Below, in pieces: positions 18,433-27,869 of a stretch of 64,000 nt of DNA. This stretch comes from Gemmatimonadota bacterium. Lineage in GTDB: Bacteria > Gemmatimonadota > Gemmatimonadetes > Gemmatimonadales > GWC2-71-9. The DNA lies in NCBI GenBank assembly GCA_041486305.1, contig JBGPLG010000009.1, positions 1,639-65,638 on the forward strand. The letters are read 5' to 3'. A program made the translations under genes and the position numbers. The notes beneath the pieces are model-generated. The model searched no databases. It was not told the DNA's origin and worked only from the letters and a program-made list of their open reading frames with translations. How positions within the stretch are numbered: the first letter of the stretch is position 1; every line of letters starts with the position of its first letter.

Positions 18433-19356
18433 ATGGGCCGGACCGAGGCCCTGGCGATCGTCAACCCGGTCGCGTCCCGGGGAGCGGCGGCCCGGCTCTG
18501 GCCCCGGATCGGGCCGCTGCTGGACCGGCATTTTCCGGCGCTCACGGTCCGCATCACCCAGGCTCCGGGGGATGCGGAGCGCTGGGCCGGCGAGTGGGCC
18601 GCCGCACACCTCGGCGCCCCGGTCTTCGCGGTAGGCGGCGACGGCACCGTCCACGAGGTCGCGAACGGACTCCTGGCAGGGGGCCGGCCGACCCCGCTGG
18701 GCATCATCCCCGCCGGAACCGGCAACGATGTGGCCCGGAATTCGGGGGTTCCCACCGACCCGGAGGCCGCCGTCGAGCGAGTCTCCCGGTGCCGGACGGT
18801 CCGGCTGGATGCCGCGCGGTTCGAATTCTCCGGCCCCGATGGTGCCGCCCGGTCCCGGTTCTTCCTCAATTCGATCTCGCTGGGGGTGAGTCCCCGAGCC
18901 AACCACATCGCGGGAAGGATCCGTCGGGTGCTCCCCGGCCCGTTTCGCTATCCGATGAGCGGCGTTCTGGCGCTCCTTGCCGAAGGCCCCGGCGACTACA
19001 CCGTCTCCACCGCCAACCGGACCCTCCACCGCGGACCGGCGCTCAACCTGACCTTGGCGAACGGCGCCGGGTTCGGGGGCGGCATGCGGATTTCGCCGGC
19101 GTCCAGCGTGAACGACGGCGCGCTCGACCTGGTCGTGATCGGCGCCATCGGCCGGCTGCGGGCCCTGCTGGCCCTCTCGAGGCTCTATGCCGGGACCCAT
19201 GTGCGGATGGGCGGGATCCACGTCACGCCGGTCGCGGAGAATGTCCGGATCCATCGCGCGGACGGCGCGATGCTGATCGAAGCCGACGGCGAAGAGTTCG
19301 AGGCGACCGGTGAGCTGTCGGTGGACATCCTGCCGGGGGCGATCGCGCTGCTCTAG
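18433..19356 (+). CDS. Diacylglycerol/lipid kinase family (YegS/DgkB-like)
   Basis: IVNPVAS, GGDGTVHEVANG, IPAGTGNDVAR, GGGMRISP, EADGE. Confidence 0.92.
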   Translation: MGRTEALAIVNPVASRGAAARLWPRIGPLLDRHFPALTVRITQAPGDAERWAGEWAAAHLGAPVFAVGGDGTVHEVANGLLAGGRPTPLGIIPAGTGNDVARNSGVPTDPEAAVERVSRCRTVRLDAARFEFSGPDGAARSRFFLNSISLGVSPRANHIAGRIRRVLPGPFRYPMSGVLALLAEGPGDYTVSTANRTLHRGPALNLTLANGAGFGGGMRISPASSVNDGALDLVVIGAIGRLRALLALSRLYAGTHVRMGGIHVTPVAENVRIHRADGAMLIEADGEEFEATGELSVDILPGAIALL

Positions 19357-21965
19357 GGGGAGGCTTCCTCCGCCCGTTGCAGGAACACCCGCTTGGCTTC
19401 CGCCAGCCGTCCCAACACCTCGGCCTTTTCCGCCGCGTCGTTCCAGCCGGGATGAGCACTCGCCGCGGTCTCGAGCCGCTCGATCCAGCGCACGAACCAG
19501 CGCGCGGACTCGGCCGATCGCACCGCGCGCCCCCCGACCGTCACGTAGATCGGGCTGGTGCTGGCATAGGGGTAGAGATCGAGGACCGGATGGGTGGCCT
19601 TGGCCGACCAGGCCCGCACGATGAACCATCCGCTGCGGGTTACCGGTAGCGGAATCACCGCGTCGGCGCGGGTGCCTCCGTCGGTGAGCGGGATGGGCGC
19701 CACCACCACGCCGTTGGCCACGATTTCGAGGCGCTCGACCGGCACGATCGACCGCAGGGATACCCTCGCCACCACCTGGTGCACCCCGGCCGGGAAGGTC
19801 AGCTCAGCGCCGATCTGCCGGCCGCTCAGGGTGAACCCGAGCAGCGGCCCGTTGGAAACAAAGGTGCGGCCGGCCTTGAGCGCCGCCAGCCAGCTCCGGT
19901 ACACCAGCCTCGGGCCGCTGTGCACGAAGACCCGGTTCATGCCGACCGGACCGCGCAGCGAGGCGAAGTTGGCCATGGCGTCGGTGCCGGCCCCGGCGGG
20001 AATCCTGAATCCGGCATTGAGCAACCGGTACCAGACGCCGGCCGTGGTCCGGTGATCGCTGAAGCCCATCACCTCCATGTAGTCCACCTTGCCCAGGGCC
20101 ACGTCCACCGGCAGGCCGCTGGTGGGCGGGTCGGCCGACTCCGGATCGGGGGCCGGCGGGTCGAACGGATGGACGTAGCCCGACAGGCCCCCCTGGGCGT
20201 GGGAGAGGTCGATGATGGTGGCGTTGTCGGGGTAGAGGCTCGCCGCCGCGGTGTTGGCGTAACCCGCATAGTTGGGGAGGATCAGGTTGCCGGTGAGCCC
20301 CAGGTGCGCCGTGTGCCCCCACCAGCTGGTGTGGTACTCCTCATCATGCGAAATCACGGTGCGGGCGGTGGACACCGGGTCGGGCCGGCCGCGGAACATG
20401 GCCACGTCGGGAATCCGCTGCTCCTTGTTCACGATCAGATCTTCGACCACGTGCAGGTCCTCGGCCTCCGCCTGGCGGCGCAGGTGCGCCGGATCGTTGC
20501 GGTAGGCGCCGCCGTAGTTCATGTGCACGTGGAGGTCCCCGCTCCACCAGCCTGCGGCCGGGAGGTCGAGCAGACGGGCCAGCCGGACGCGTTCCACCCT
20601 CCGGGCGCCCGATACAACCGACACCTTGCGTACCACCCTCGCGAATTCCAGGCCCTTGGTGACCTCGACCGTATAGTCGCCCGCGGGGAGCGTCAGCGTC
20701 GCGGTGCCGGTGGCATGAAAGTAGGTAACCTCGTACTTCCGTTCCCCCCGGTCGAACCCGTCATCGGCGTGGCGCCACGCCGTGTCGGGCGCCCAGCCAC
20801 GACCGTCCCCGCCGGTCACCGACACCCGAGCCGGCGTGCGCCCGCCGGTGGCATCGTCGAGCCGGATGGTAAGGGTTCCCGCGGGATGGAGCCGGTGCAG
20901 CACCGTGGCGCGCACCGTCTCGATGGCGCCGCCCGGTACGGTCACCACCGCCAGCGAGGTATTGCCGTTCTGATTGCTGATGAACGCGATCCGGCGTCCC
21001 TCGGGAGACCAGCGCGGTGCGGTGTGGTCGCAGTCGCAGTAGGTAAGCTGGAGCGGATCTCCTCCCGCGGCGGTGGTGAGCCAGAGGTGGTTGCGCTGGC
21101 TGCCGAGGTAGGAACTGTACACCACCCGCCTGCCGTCCCGGGACCAGTCCGGATGGGCTTTCCAGTTGGTCTCTTCGCTCCGGATTTCGCGCATCGGCGC
21201 GCCCGGGAGCGCGTCCATGCGCCAGAGCCCTCCCGATCCCCAGACGTGGCCCCGATTGGACACCAGAATCAGCTCGCTGCCATCGGGTGACCAGGCGGGC
21301 GAGAGGTAGTGGTCGAACCCGGAGTAGTAGTAGCGGGTGGACGAGGTCGAGGTATCGGTCGTGATCCGGACCCTGCCCCGCGACAGCGAGTTCGGTGAGG
21401 ACGGGAACGCCGCCAGGGGCTCCGAGGACGGTGGAGACATCAGGTATCGGGCATCGGCCAGGTACAGGTGCCAGCGGCCCTCGTACTCGGTGGAGACGTA
21501 GGCGATCCGGGTGCCGTCGGGAGACCAGCGCGGATCCAGGTTGACGGCTCCGTTGACCACCAGCGGGCGGGACCTGCCGTCCCGGGTGTCGAACATCCAC
21601 AACTCCAGGGCGTCGTTCCGGTACGACGTGTAGACGATGTACCTCCCGTCGGGCGACCAGTCGGGCTGGTAATCGTATCCGGGTCCGTCGGTGAGCTGGG
21701 TCGCCTCGGTGCTGCCGACCCGCTGGCGCCAGAGGGAGCCCTGCATCGAATACGCCAGCTCGGTCCCGTCAGGTGACCAGGCCACCGAGGAGGGTCCGCT
21801 GGTGGCCTGCGGCAGGTACATCTCGCGGTAGTAGTAGTTGTGCGGGACGGCGATCTGCTGGAGCACGGGGGCGCGCTGCGCGGACGCTACGATGGTAACA
21901 CGCAATGACGCGAGGAGGACGAGGCTACAAGGGCGCAGGGACGGGAGAACACGAGATGAGTGCAC
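19353..21965 (-). CDS. Exported TolB-like PD40 propeller fused to a CehA/McbA (PHP-like) metallohydrolase
   Basis: Multiple WSPDG repeats; WWSGDLHVH, YVHPF, GAGTDA, GRTFVSNGP. Confidence 0.85.
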   Translation of the reverse strand: MHSSRVLPSLRPCSLVLLASLRVTIVASAQRAPVLQQIAVPHNYYYREMYLPQATSGPSSVAWSPDGTELAYSMQGSLWRQRVGSTEATQLTDGPGYDYQPDWSPDGRYIVYTSYRNDALELWMFDTRDGRSRPLVVNGAVNLDPRWSPDGTRIAYVSTEYEGRWHLYLADARYLMSPPSSEPLAAFPSSPNSLSRGRVRITTDTSTSSTRYYYSGFDHYLSPAWSPDGSELILVSNRGHVWGSGGLWRMDALPGAPMREIRSEETNWKAHPDWSRDGRRVVYSSYLGSQRNHLWLTTAAGGDPLQLTYCDCDHTAPRWSPEGRRIAFISNQNGNTSLAVVTVPGGAIETVRATVLHRLHPAGTLTIRLDDATGGRTPARVSVTGGDGRGWAPDTAWRHADDGFDRGERKYEVTYFHATGTATLTLPAGDYTVEVTKGLEFARVVRKVSVVSGARRVERVRLARLLDLPAAGWWSGDLHVHMNYGGAYRNDPAHLRRQAEAEDLHVVEDLIVNKEQRIPDVAMFRGRPDPVSTARTVISHDEEYHTSWWGHTAHLGLTGNLILPNYAGYANTAAASLYPDNATIIDLSHAQGGLSGYVHPFDPPAPDPESADPPTSGLPVDVALGKVDYMEVMGFSDHRTTAGVWYRLLNAGFRIPAGAGTDAMANFASLRGPVGMNRVFVHSGPRLVYRSWLAALKAGRTFVSNGPLLGFTLSGRQIGAELTFPAGVHQVVARVSLRSIVPVERLEIVANGVVVAPIPLTDGGTRADAVIPLPVTRSGWFIVRAWSAKATHPVLDLYPYASTSPIYVTVGGRAVRSAESARWFVRWIERLETAASAHPGWNDAAEKAEVLGRLAEAKRVFLQRAEEASP

Positions 21966-22005
21966 TTAGCGTCCTAGCGTCTTCGCGTCGTAGCGTCTTT
22001 GCGTC
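21966..22005 (-). repeat. Five octamer units filling the entire intergenic gap
   Basis: TTAGCGTC CTAGCGTC TTCGCGTC GTAGCGTC TTTGCGTC on the + strand. Confidence 0.88.
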
Positions 22006-23331
22006 TCAATCCAGCGCTCCCAGACACTGATCCAGTATCCCCAGCGCGATTTCCACGTCTTCCGCGTCCACCACCAGCGGAGGCGCCAGCCGCAGCGTAT
22101 TCTTGCCTGCGGCCAGCACCAGCAGCCCTTTGGCAAATGCCATTCGCTCCAGCCGGGTGACCAGGTCGCCGGCCGGTTCCCGGGTGGCGCGGTCAGCCAC
22201 GAACTCGACCCCCTGCATGAGTCCGACGCCGCGGATCTCGCCGATGCTGCCGTGCTTTTGGGCCAGCTTCTTGAGTCCCGCCGAGAGCTGGTCGCCGCGG
22301 GACTTCGCATTGGCGACCAGCTCCCGCTCCACGAGGTCCAGCGTCGCGATTGCGGCGGCACAGCAGACCGGGTTGCCGCCGAAGGTGCTGCCGTGCGCGC
22401 CGTGCTCCCAGGTGCTGATCGAGTCCTTGGCGACGATCGCGCCGATCGGCATGCCGGAGCCCAGCCCCTTGGAGGTGACCAGGATGTCCGGCTCCACCCC
22501 CTCGTGGTCGCAGGCCCACATCTTCCCGGTGCGCCCCACGCCGCACTGCACCTCGTCCGCGACCATGATGATGCCGTACTTGGTGCAGAGCTCCCGTACC
22601 GCGGTGAGCCAACCCGGCGGCGGGAGCACGTAGCCGCCTTCTCCCTGGACCGGCTCCACCACGATGGCCGCGACATTCTTCGGGTCGAGGTGGCGGGCGA
22701 ACAGATCCTTCTCGATATGGTCGACGCAGTAGAGGCCGCAGGAGGGGAAGGTCTTCCCGAACTCGCAGCGGTAGCAATACCCGTACGCCACATGGTGCAC
22801 GTCCGGGAGAAACGGGCCGAAGCCGGCGTGCTGGCGCGACTTGCTGGACGTCAGCGACAACGCGCCGTAGCTGCGTCCGTGGAAGGCGCCCTTGAAGGCC
22901 ACGAACGCGGTCCGTCCGGTGGCGTGGCGGGCCAGCTTCATCGCGCCTTCGACCGCTTCGGTGCCCGAGTTGCTGAGGAAGACCCGCTTCCGGCTGGTGC
23001 CGGGGGCCAGCCGCGCCAGCCGCTCGCAGAGGCCGGCCATGCTCTCGTAGTAGAAATCCCCGCCGCAGATGTGCAGGAATTTCCCGGCCGCCTCCTGGAT
23101 CGCCTTCACCACCTGGGGGTGGCCATATCCGGTGGAGCAGACCGCAATCCCCGCCATGAAGTCGAGGAAGCGGTTACCGTCGACGTCCTCCACCATCGGC
23201 CCCTCGCCCCGCGCCACCACCAGCGGGTACTCCTTGATGTAGCAGGGCGCGGTCACCGCTTCGTCCCGCGCGATGATGGCGCGGGCATTGGGGCCCGGGG
23301 GCGGGGTGACGATCTTGGGATACGGTTTCAT
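22006..23331 (-). CDS. Class III PLP aminotransferase (GabT/acetylornithine-aminotransferase-like)
   Basis: DVDGNRFLDF, NSGTEAVE, FHGRS, EPVQGEGG, ADEVQCGVGRTG, SKGLG, STFGGNP. Confidence 0.92.
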   Translation of the reverse strand: MKPYPKIVTPPPGPNARAIIARDEAVTAPCYIKEYPLVVARGEGPMVEDVDGNRFLDFMAGIAVCSTGYGHPQVVKAIQEAAGKFLHICGGDFYYESMAGLCERLARLAPGTSRKRVFLSNSGTEAVEGAMKLARHATGRTAFVAFKGAFHGRSYGALSLTSSKSRQHAGFGPFLPDVHHVAYGYCYRCEFGKTFPSCGLYCVDHIEKDLFARHLDPKNVAAIVVEPVQGEGGYVLPPPGWLTAVRELCTKYGIIMVADEVQCGVGRTGKMWACDHEGVEPDILVTSKGLGSGMPIGAIVAKDSISTWEHGAHGSTFGGNPVCCAAAIATLDLVERELVANAKSRGDQLSAGLKKLAQKHGSIGEIRGVGLMQGVEFVADRATREPAGDLVTRLERMAFAKGLLVLAAGKNTLRLAPPLVVDAEDVEIALGILDQCLGALD

Positions 23332-23372
23332 GTTTCGAACTCCATGGTGTAACCGGTCACCGGCACCTGCGA

Positions 23373-24716
23373 TCAGCAGTCTCTCGGCTTCATGTCTCCC
23401 AGTGCCTTCTCGAACCTCGTCACGATCTCGTCGATCTCCGCTTCGGTGATGATATACGGCGGGGCCAGGACCACGAGATCCCCGTGTACGCCGTCGGCAT
23501 GCCCCGTGTTGGGCCAGACCATCAGCCCGTGCCGCTCGGCGGCGGCCTGGAACCTCTCGGTGAATCGCTCCCCTCGCGGAAACGGGATCCGGCTCTCCTT
23601 GTCGGCCACGAACTCGACGCCGGCCAGCAGGCCGCGCCCGCGCACGTCTCCCACGTGGGGAAGCCCGCGCAGCCGCGCGAGCCGTTGGTGCAGGATAGCG
23701 CCCATGGCGGCGCAGCGCGCCACGAGGCCGTGCTTCCGGATCTGGCGCACCGCGGCGAGGCCCGCGGCGCACATGGCTGGCGAGTGGGAAAATGTCTGGG
23801 CATGCAGCAGCGCCCCGGATCCATGGGCCAGCACGTCGGTGATCCGCCGGGGAGCCGCCACCAGGGCCAGCGGAGCGTATCCGCCACTCACCCCCTTTCC
23901 CATCACCTGGATGTCGGGCACGGCGCCGTAGGGTGTGAGCGCCGACCAGGTTCCGGTCCGACCCGCGCCGACCAGTATCTCGTCCGCGATCCAGAGCACC
24001 TCGTTGCGGTCGCAGATTTCCCGGATGGTGCGCCAGTAGTCCTCCCGCGGCACCGAGGCGCCGGTGGACGACCCGCCCACCGGCTCGGCGATAAAGGCCG
24101 CTACCCGCCCGGCGCCGATCCGCGACAGGGTTTCTTCGAGGGCGCGGCCGCTGCATCGGGCGCAGGCGGGATCGCCGCCCCGGCACGCGCATCGATACGG
24201 GTACGGCGCGGCGACCCGGGGCACCTCCACCATCCAGGGCTGGAAATACTTCTTGTAGTGCTCCCGGGCGCCGACCGACAGGGACAGCATGGTATTGCCG
24301 TGGTAGCCAGGGGCCAGCGCCACCAGGGTGTCCTTCTCGGGCTTCCCCCGCTCCACCCAGTACTGGCGCGCCAACTTGAGTGCGGCCTCGATGGCGTCGG
24401 AGCCGCTGGAAAGGAAGTAGAACCGGTCCAGGTCTCCCAGAGCCAGGTCGGCCAGCTCGTCCGCGAGCTCCTCCACGGGCTGGTTGGTGAAGCTCATCCC
24501 GCTCACGTACGCCACCCGGCGGATCTGGTCCGCCACCGCATCGACCACCTCGGCGACGCCATGGCCGAGACAAGCGACATAGGCCCCGCCGCAGGCGTCC
24601 AGGTACTCCCTGCCGGTGTCATCGTAGAGCCAGCAACCCTGGCCCCGGACGATCAGCGGGTAGTCACGAGCCAGGTTGCGGTACAGAACATGGGAGTCGG
24701 GGTAACGGCGGGGCAT
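23373..24716 (-). CDS. Class III PLP aminotransferase (omega-amine/BioA-like)
   Basis: YLDACGG, SSGSDAIE, YHGNT, ADEILVGAGRTG, MGKGVSGGYAP. Confidence 0.92.
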   Translation of the reverse strand: MPRRYPDSHVLYRNLARDYPLIVRGQGCWLYDDTGREYLDACGGAYVACLGHGVAEVVDAVADQIRRVAYVSGMSFTNQPVEELADELADLALGDLDRFYFLSSGSDAIEAALKLARQYWVERGKPEKDTLVALAPGYHGNTMLSLSVGAREHYKKYFQPWMVEVPRVAAPYPYRCACRGGDPACARCSGRALEETLSRIGAGRVAAFIAEPVGGSSTGASVPREDYWRTIREICDRNEVLWIADEILVGAGRTGTWSALTPYGAVPDIQVMGKGVSGGYAPLALVAAPRRITDVLAHGSGALLHAQTFSHSPAMCAAGLAAVRQIRKHGLVARCAAMGAILHQRLARLRGLPHVGDVRGRGLLAGVEFVADKESRIPFPRGERFTERFQAAAERHGLMVWPNTGHADGVHGDLVVLAPPYIITEAEIDEIVTRFEKALGDMKPRDC

Positions 24717-24738
24717 CGGGGAAAGCTACCTTCCCGGG
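24717..24738. promoter_or_regulatory. Putative bidirectional leaderless promoter (overlapping -10 boxes)
   Basis: 22-bp gap; TACCTT (24727-24732) N6 ATG on +; TAGCTT (24728-24723) N6 ATG on -; no RBS on either side. Confidence 0.6.
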
Positions 24739-26430
24739 ATGTCAAAGCGCGCCTCCCACCCGATCCTGCTGCTGGGCCTGATGATGTCCGCGGCCTGCAG
24801 CCGCACCGACCCCGCCGACCTGGTCTTGCGCCACGGAGCGATCTACCCCGAGGCGGGAGACTCCGGCACGGTCGAGTCCCTCGCGATCCGGAACGGCCGG
24901 ATCGTCTACGCCGGGGACGACCGGGACGCCCGCTCCTACATCGGGGGCCGGACCGAGGTGCTCGAGCTGGGCGGCCGGATGGTGCTGCCCGGGTTCCACG
25001 ACACCCACATGCACCCGAGCGGGGGCATCGCCCTGGCCGAATGCACCCTCGACGACCTCCGCACCCAGGAGGCGATTCTCGATTCGGTGGCCCGCTATGC
25101 GGCAAACCACCGGGACCTGGCGTGGATCAGGGGCCGGGGCTGGCAGCTCCCGGTCTTCCCGGAGGCCAACCCGCGCAAGGAGTGGCTCGACCGGATCGTG
25201 CCGGACCGGCCGGTCTTCCTGGGCTCCGCCGACGGCCATTCCGCCTGGGTCAACTCGCGGGCGCTGACCCTGGCGGGCATCACCCGCACCACCCGGGATC
25301 CCCCGAATGGACGAATCGAGCGCGATCGATTGACCGGAGAGCCGACCGGCACGCTGCGCGAGAGCGCCACGGATCTGGTGGCGCAGCATCTGCCGGAACG
25401 CACCCAGGGAGAGATCCGGGCCGGGATCGGGCGGGCGCTCGCCATGGCGAATGGGTTCGGGATCACCACCGTGCACGAAGCCAATGCCGGCCCGGATCTG
25501 CTCGAGGCCTACGCGGCGCTCGACAGCGCCGGTCAGCTGACCGCGCGGGTGATCGCCGCGCTGAAGACTGATCCGAGGGCCGGCGCGGCCCAGGTGGATT
25601 CGCTCCGAGCCTGGCGCGGCCGCTATAGGGGCAGCCATTACTTCGCGCCAAGGGCGGCCAAGATCTTTGCCGACGGCGTTATTGAGGCCAAGACCGCGGC
25701 ATTGCTGCTGCCCTACCGTGGAGGGGAGCAGCGCGGCGAGCCGAACCTTTCTCCTGAGGCGATGGATACCCTGGTCGCGGCGCTCGACGCCGCCGGCTTC
25801 CAGGTGCACGTGCACGCCATCGGCGACCGCGCGGTCCGCATGTCGCTCGATGCGTTCGCGTTCGCCCGGCTGCACAACGGCCCCCGCGATGCGCGCCCGG
25901 TCATCGCGCATCTCGAGCTGATCGACTCCACCGACATCCCCCGCTTCGCCTCGCTGGGCGTGATCCCGAGCTTTCAGCCACTCTGGGCCTTCGCCGACAG
26001 CTACATCACCGATCTCACCGAGCCGGTGCTGGGCCCGCAGCGCTCCCGCTGGCTCTACCCGATCGGCTCGGTGGTGAAGGCCGGCGCGCATCTGGCTGCC
26101 GGCAGTGACTGGTCGGTTTCGTCGATGAATCCCTTCGAGGCCATCCAGGTCGCGATCACCCGCCGTGCCCCGGACTCTCCTCCCGGGCCGGCCTGGATCC
26201 CGGAGGAGACCGTGAGTCTCCCGACCATGCTCCGCGCCTACACCAGCGGCGGGGCCTACGCGGCCGGCGAAGAGGCCACCAATGGAACACTGGAGGTGGG
26301 CAAGGCCGCCGATCTCATCGTTCTGGACCGAAACCTGTACCGTATTCCGGTGACCCAGATTCATGCTGCCCGGGTGCTGCTGACCCTGCTCGACGGGAAG
26401 GTGGTGTGGCGGGATCGATCCTTGCACTGA
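24739..26430 (+). CDS. Amidohydrolase_3 (YtcJ-like) lipoprotein
   Basis: Lipobox SAAC; PGFHDTHMH, DGHSAWVNS, KIFADG, HAIGDRA, GSDW, GKAADLIVLD. Confidence 0.92.
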   Translation: MSKRASHPILLLGLMMSAACSRTDPADLVLRHGAIYPEAGDSGTVESLAIRNGRIVYAGDDRDARSYIGGRTEVLELGGRMVLPGFHDTHMHPSGGIALAECTLDDLRTQEAILDSVARYAANHRDLAWIRGRGWQLPVFPEANPRKEWLDRIVPDRPVFLGSADGHSAWVNSRALTLAGITRTTRDPPNGRIERDRLTGEPTGTLRESATDLVAQHLPERTQGEIRAGIGRALAMANGFGITTVHEANAGPDLLEAYAALDSAGQLTARVIAALKTDPRAGAAQVDSLRAWRGRYRGSHYFAPRAAKIFADGVIEAKTAALLLPYRGGEQRGEPNLSPEAMDTLVAALDAAGFQVHVHAIGDRAVRMSLDAFAFARLHNGPRDARPVIAHLELIDSTDIPRFASLGVIPSFQPLWAFADSYITDLTEPVLGPQRSRWLYPIGSVVKAGAHLAAGSDWSVSSMNPFEAIQVAITRRAPDSPPGPAWIPEETVSLPTMLRAYTSGGAYAAGEEATNGTLEVGKAADLIVLDRNLYRIPVTQIHAARVLLTLLDGKVVWRDRSLH

Positions 26431-26481
26431 CCGCCCTGGGGCGCCCAAAGAGGCCCCAGAACCCGTTGCGGCAGATCGAGT

Positions 26482-26499
26482 TGTCCAGAATACTGGACA
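26482..26499. promoter_or_regulatory. Perfect palindrome TGTCCAG-N4-CTGGACA, candidate operator
   Basis: Intergenic, about 26 nt upstream of the GTG start at 26526. Confidence 0.4.
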
Positions 26500-26525
26500 G
26501 AATCGTCTACCGGGGAGGACACCCC

Positions 26526-27344
26526 GTGTTACATCGGCGAATGTTTTTCGTTTCCGCGCTCAGCCTCTTTCTCGCTGCCGGAGTGGTACAGGCCCAGACG
26601 CCCAAGTCGGCCAAACCGCCCCAGCCGAATCCGATCATGCGGGGTGCGGTCCAGGACACCCTCGGCCAGGCCCTCGAGGGAGCCCAGATCGAGATACTGG
26701 CGCTCAAGCTCCTTGCCACCACTCCCGGCTCGGGCAGCTACCGGTTCGACGACATCAAGCCCGGCAGGTACTGGGTGGCGGTGCGACGGATCGGGTATGC
26801 GCCGATCCACGCGGCCCTGACGTTCAACCCCGGAGACGACCGGGAGATCGTGTTCCAGCTCGAGCCGCTGCCCTACGTGCTTCCCGAGGTCGTGGTCAAG
26901 GCCCGGGACAAGCGCTGGATGCAGCGCTATCAGGACTTCACCTGGCGGTCCCGCTCGGCCTTCGGTCACTTCCTGACCCGGGACGACATCGAGAAATCCC
27001 ACGCGGCGTACCTGGGCGACATCGTGCGGCGTTACCTCCCGTTCACCACGTCGGATGCCTTCTTCACGCCCTCGTTCGATAACGGGTTTTCGGGTGCCAG
27101 CATGTTCGTGGACGGTGGGTTGGGCTGGGCCGGAAGCGCCGGACGCAGCCGGCTGGGGCGCAACTGTGCCCCGTCGGTATCCGTCAACGGGGCGCGCCCC
27201 TTCGGCGGTTGGGCGGTGAACGACTTTCGGCCCGAGGATGTCGAGGCCATCGAGGTCTACCGGAACGGGTTCCAGATGCCGACCGAATTCGCCGGCTGGG
27301 ATCTGCCCTGCGGGCTGGTGGTTGTCTGGACCGAGATGCACTGA
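26526..27344 (+). CDS. Exported carboxypeptidase-regulatory-like domain plus TonB plug-like domain (no barrel)
   Basis: GGAGG N7 GTG; GAVQDTLGQALEGA...RRIGYAP; LTRDDIE; PEDVEAIEVY; CGLVVVWT at the C-terminus. Confidence 0.75.
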   Translation: MLHRRMFFVSALSLFLAAGVVQAQTPKSAKPPQPNPIMRGAVQDTLGQALEGAQIEILALKLLATTPGSGSYRFDDIKPGRYWVAVRRIGYAPIHAALTFNPGDDREIVFQLEPLPYVLPEVVVKARDKRWMQRYQDFTWRSRSAFGHFLTRDDIEKSHAAYLGDIVRRYLPFTTSDAFFTPSFDNGFSGASMFVDGGLGWAGSAGRSRLGRNCAPSVSVNGARPFGGWAVNDFRPEDVEAIEVYRNGFQMPTEFAGWDLPCGLVVVWTEMH

Positions 27345-27404
27345 CCGGAAGCCTCGGCCCCTTGCCGTTATCTTTCCGGCCGTACCCCACTCGGCAAGGC
27401 ACCG

Positions 27405-27869
27405 ATGCCCCGATCATTCTCACGGCGTGAATTCCTGGCTCGCGGCGCCGCGGCAGCCGCCGCGGCCGTCACCCTCCCCAGCCTGCTGGAGGCCCGGGCG
27501 GCCACCGCGATGGTGGTCTACAAGGATCCCGGCTGCGGCTGTTGCAAGAGCTGGGTCTCGCTGATGAGCGCGGCGGGATTCGAGATTTCGGTGCGGGATG
27601 TTTCGGACGTCCAGGCCATCAAGCGACGGTACCGGGTTCCCGCGGCCCTGTCCTCATGCCATACCGCCCTCGTGGGTGGGTACGTAGTTGAAGGACACGT
27701 CCCGGCCGACCTGATCTCACGCCTCCTTCGGGAAAAGCCCAAGGTGCTCGGCCTGGCGGTGCCCGGGATGCCGGTCGGGTCGCCGGGCATGGAGGGCGCG
27801 CCCAAGGAGGCCTACGCGGTGTTGACCTTCGACGCCGCCGGAAAGACAACGGTCTTCGCGCGGCGCTAG
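27405..27869 (+). CDS. Tat-exported DUF411 (CopG-like) metal-binding protein
   Basis: SRREFL; YKDPGCGCC, SCHTA, EGHVPA, VPGMPVGSPGME. Confidence 0.92.
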   Translation: MPRSFSRREFLARGAAAAAAAVTLPSLLEARAATAMVVYKDPGCGCCKSWVSLMSAAGFEISVRDVSDVQAIKRRYRVPAALSSCHTALVGGYVVEGHVPADLISRLLREKPKVLGLAVPGMPVGSPGMEGAPKEAYAVLTFDAAGKTTVFARR

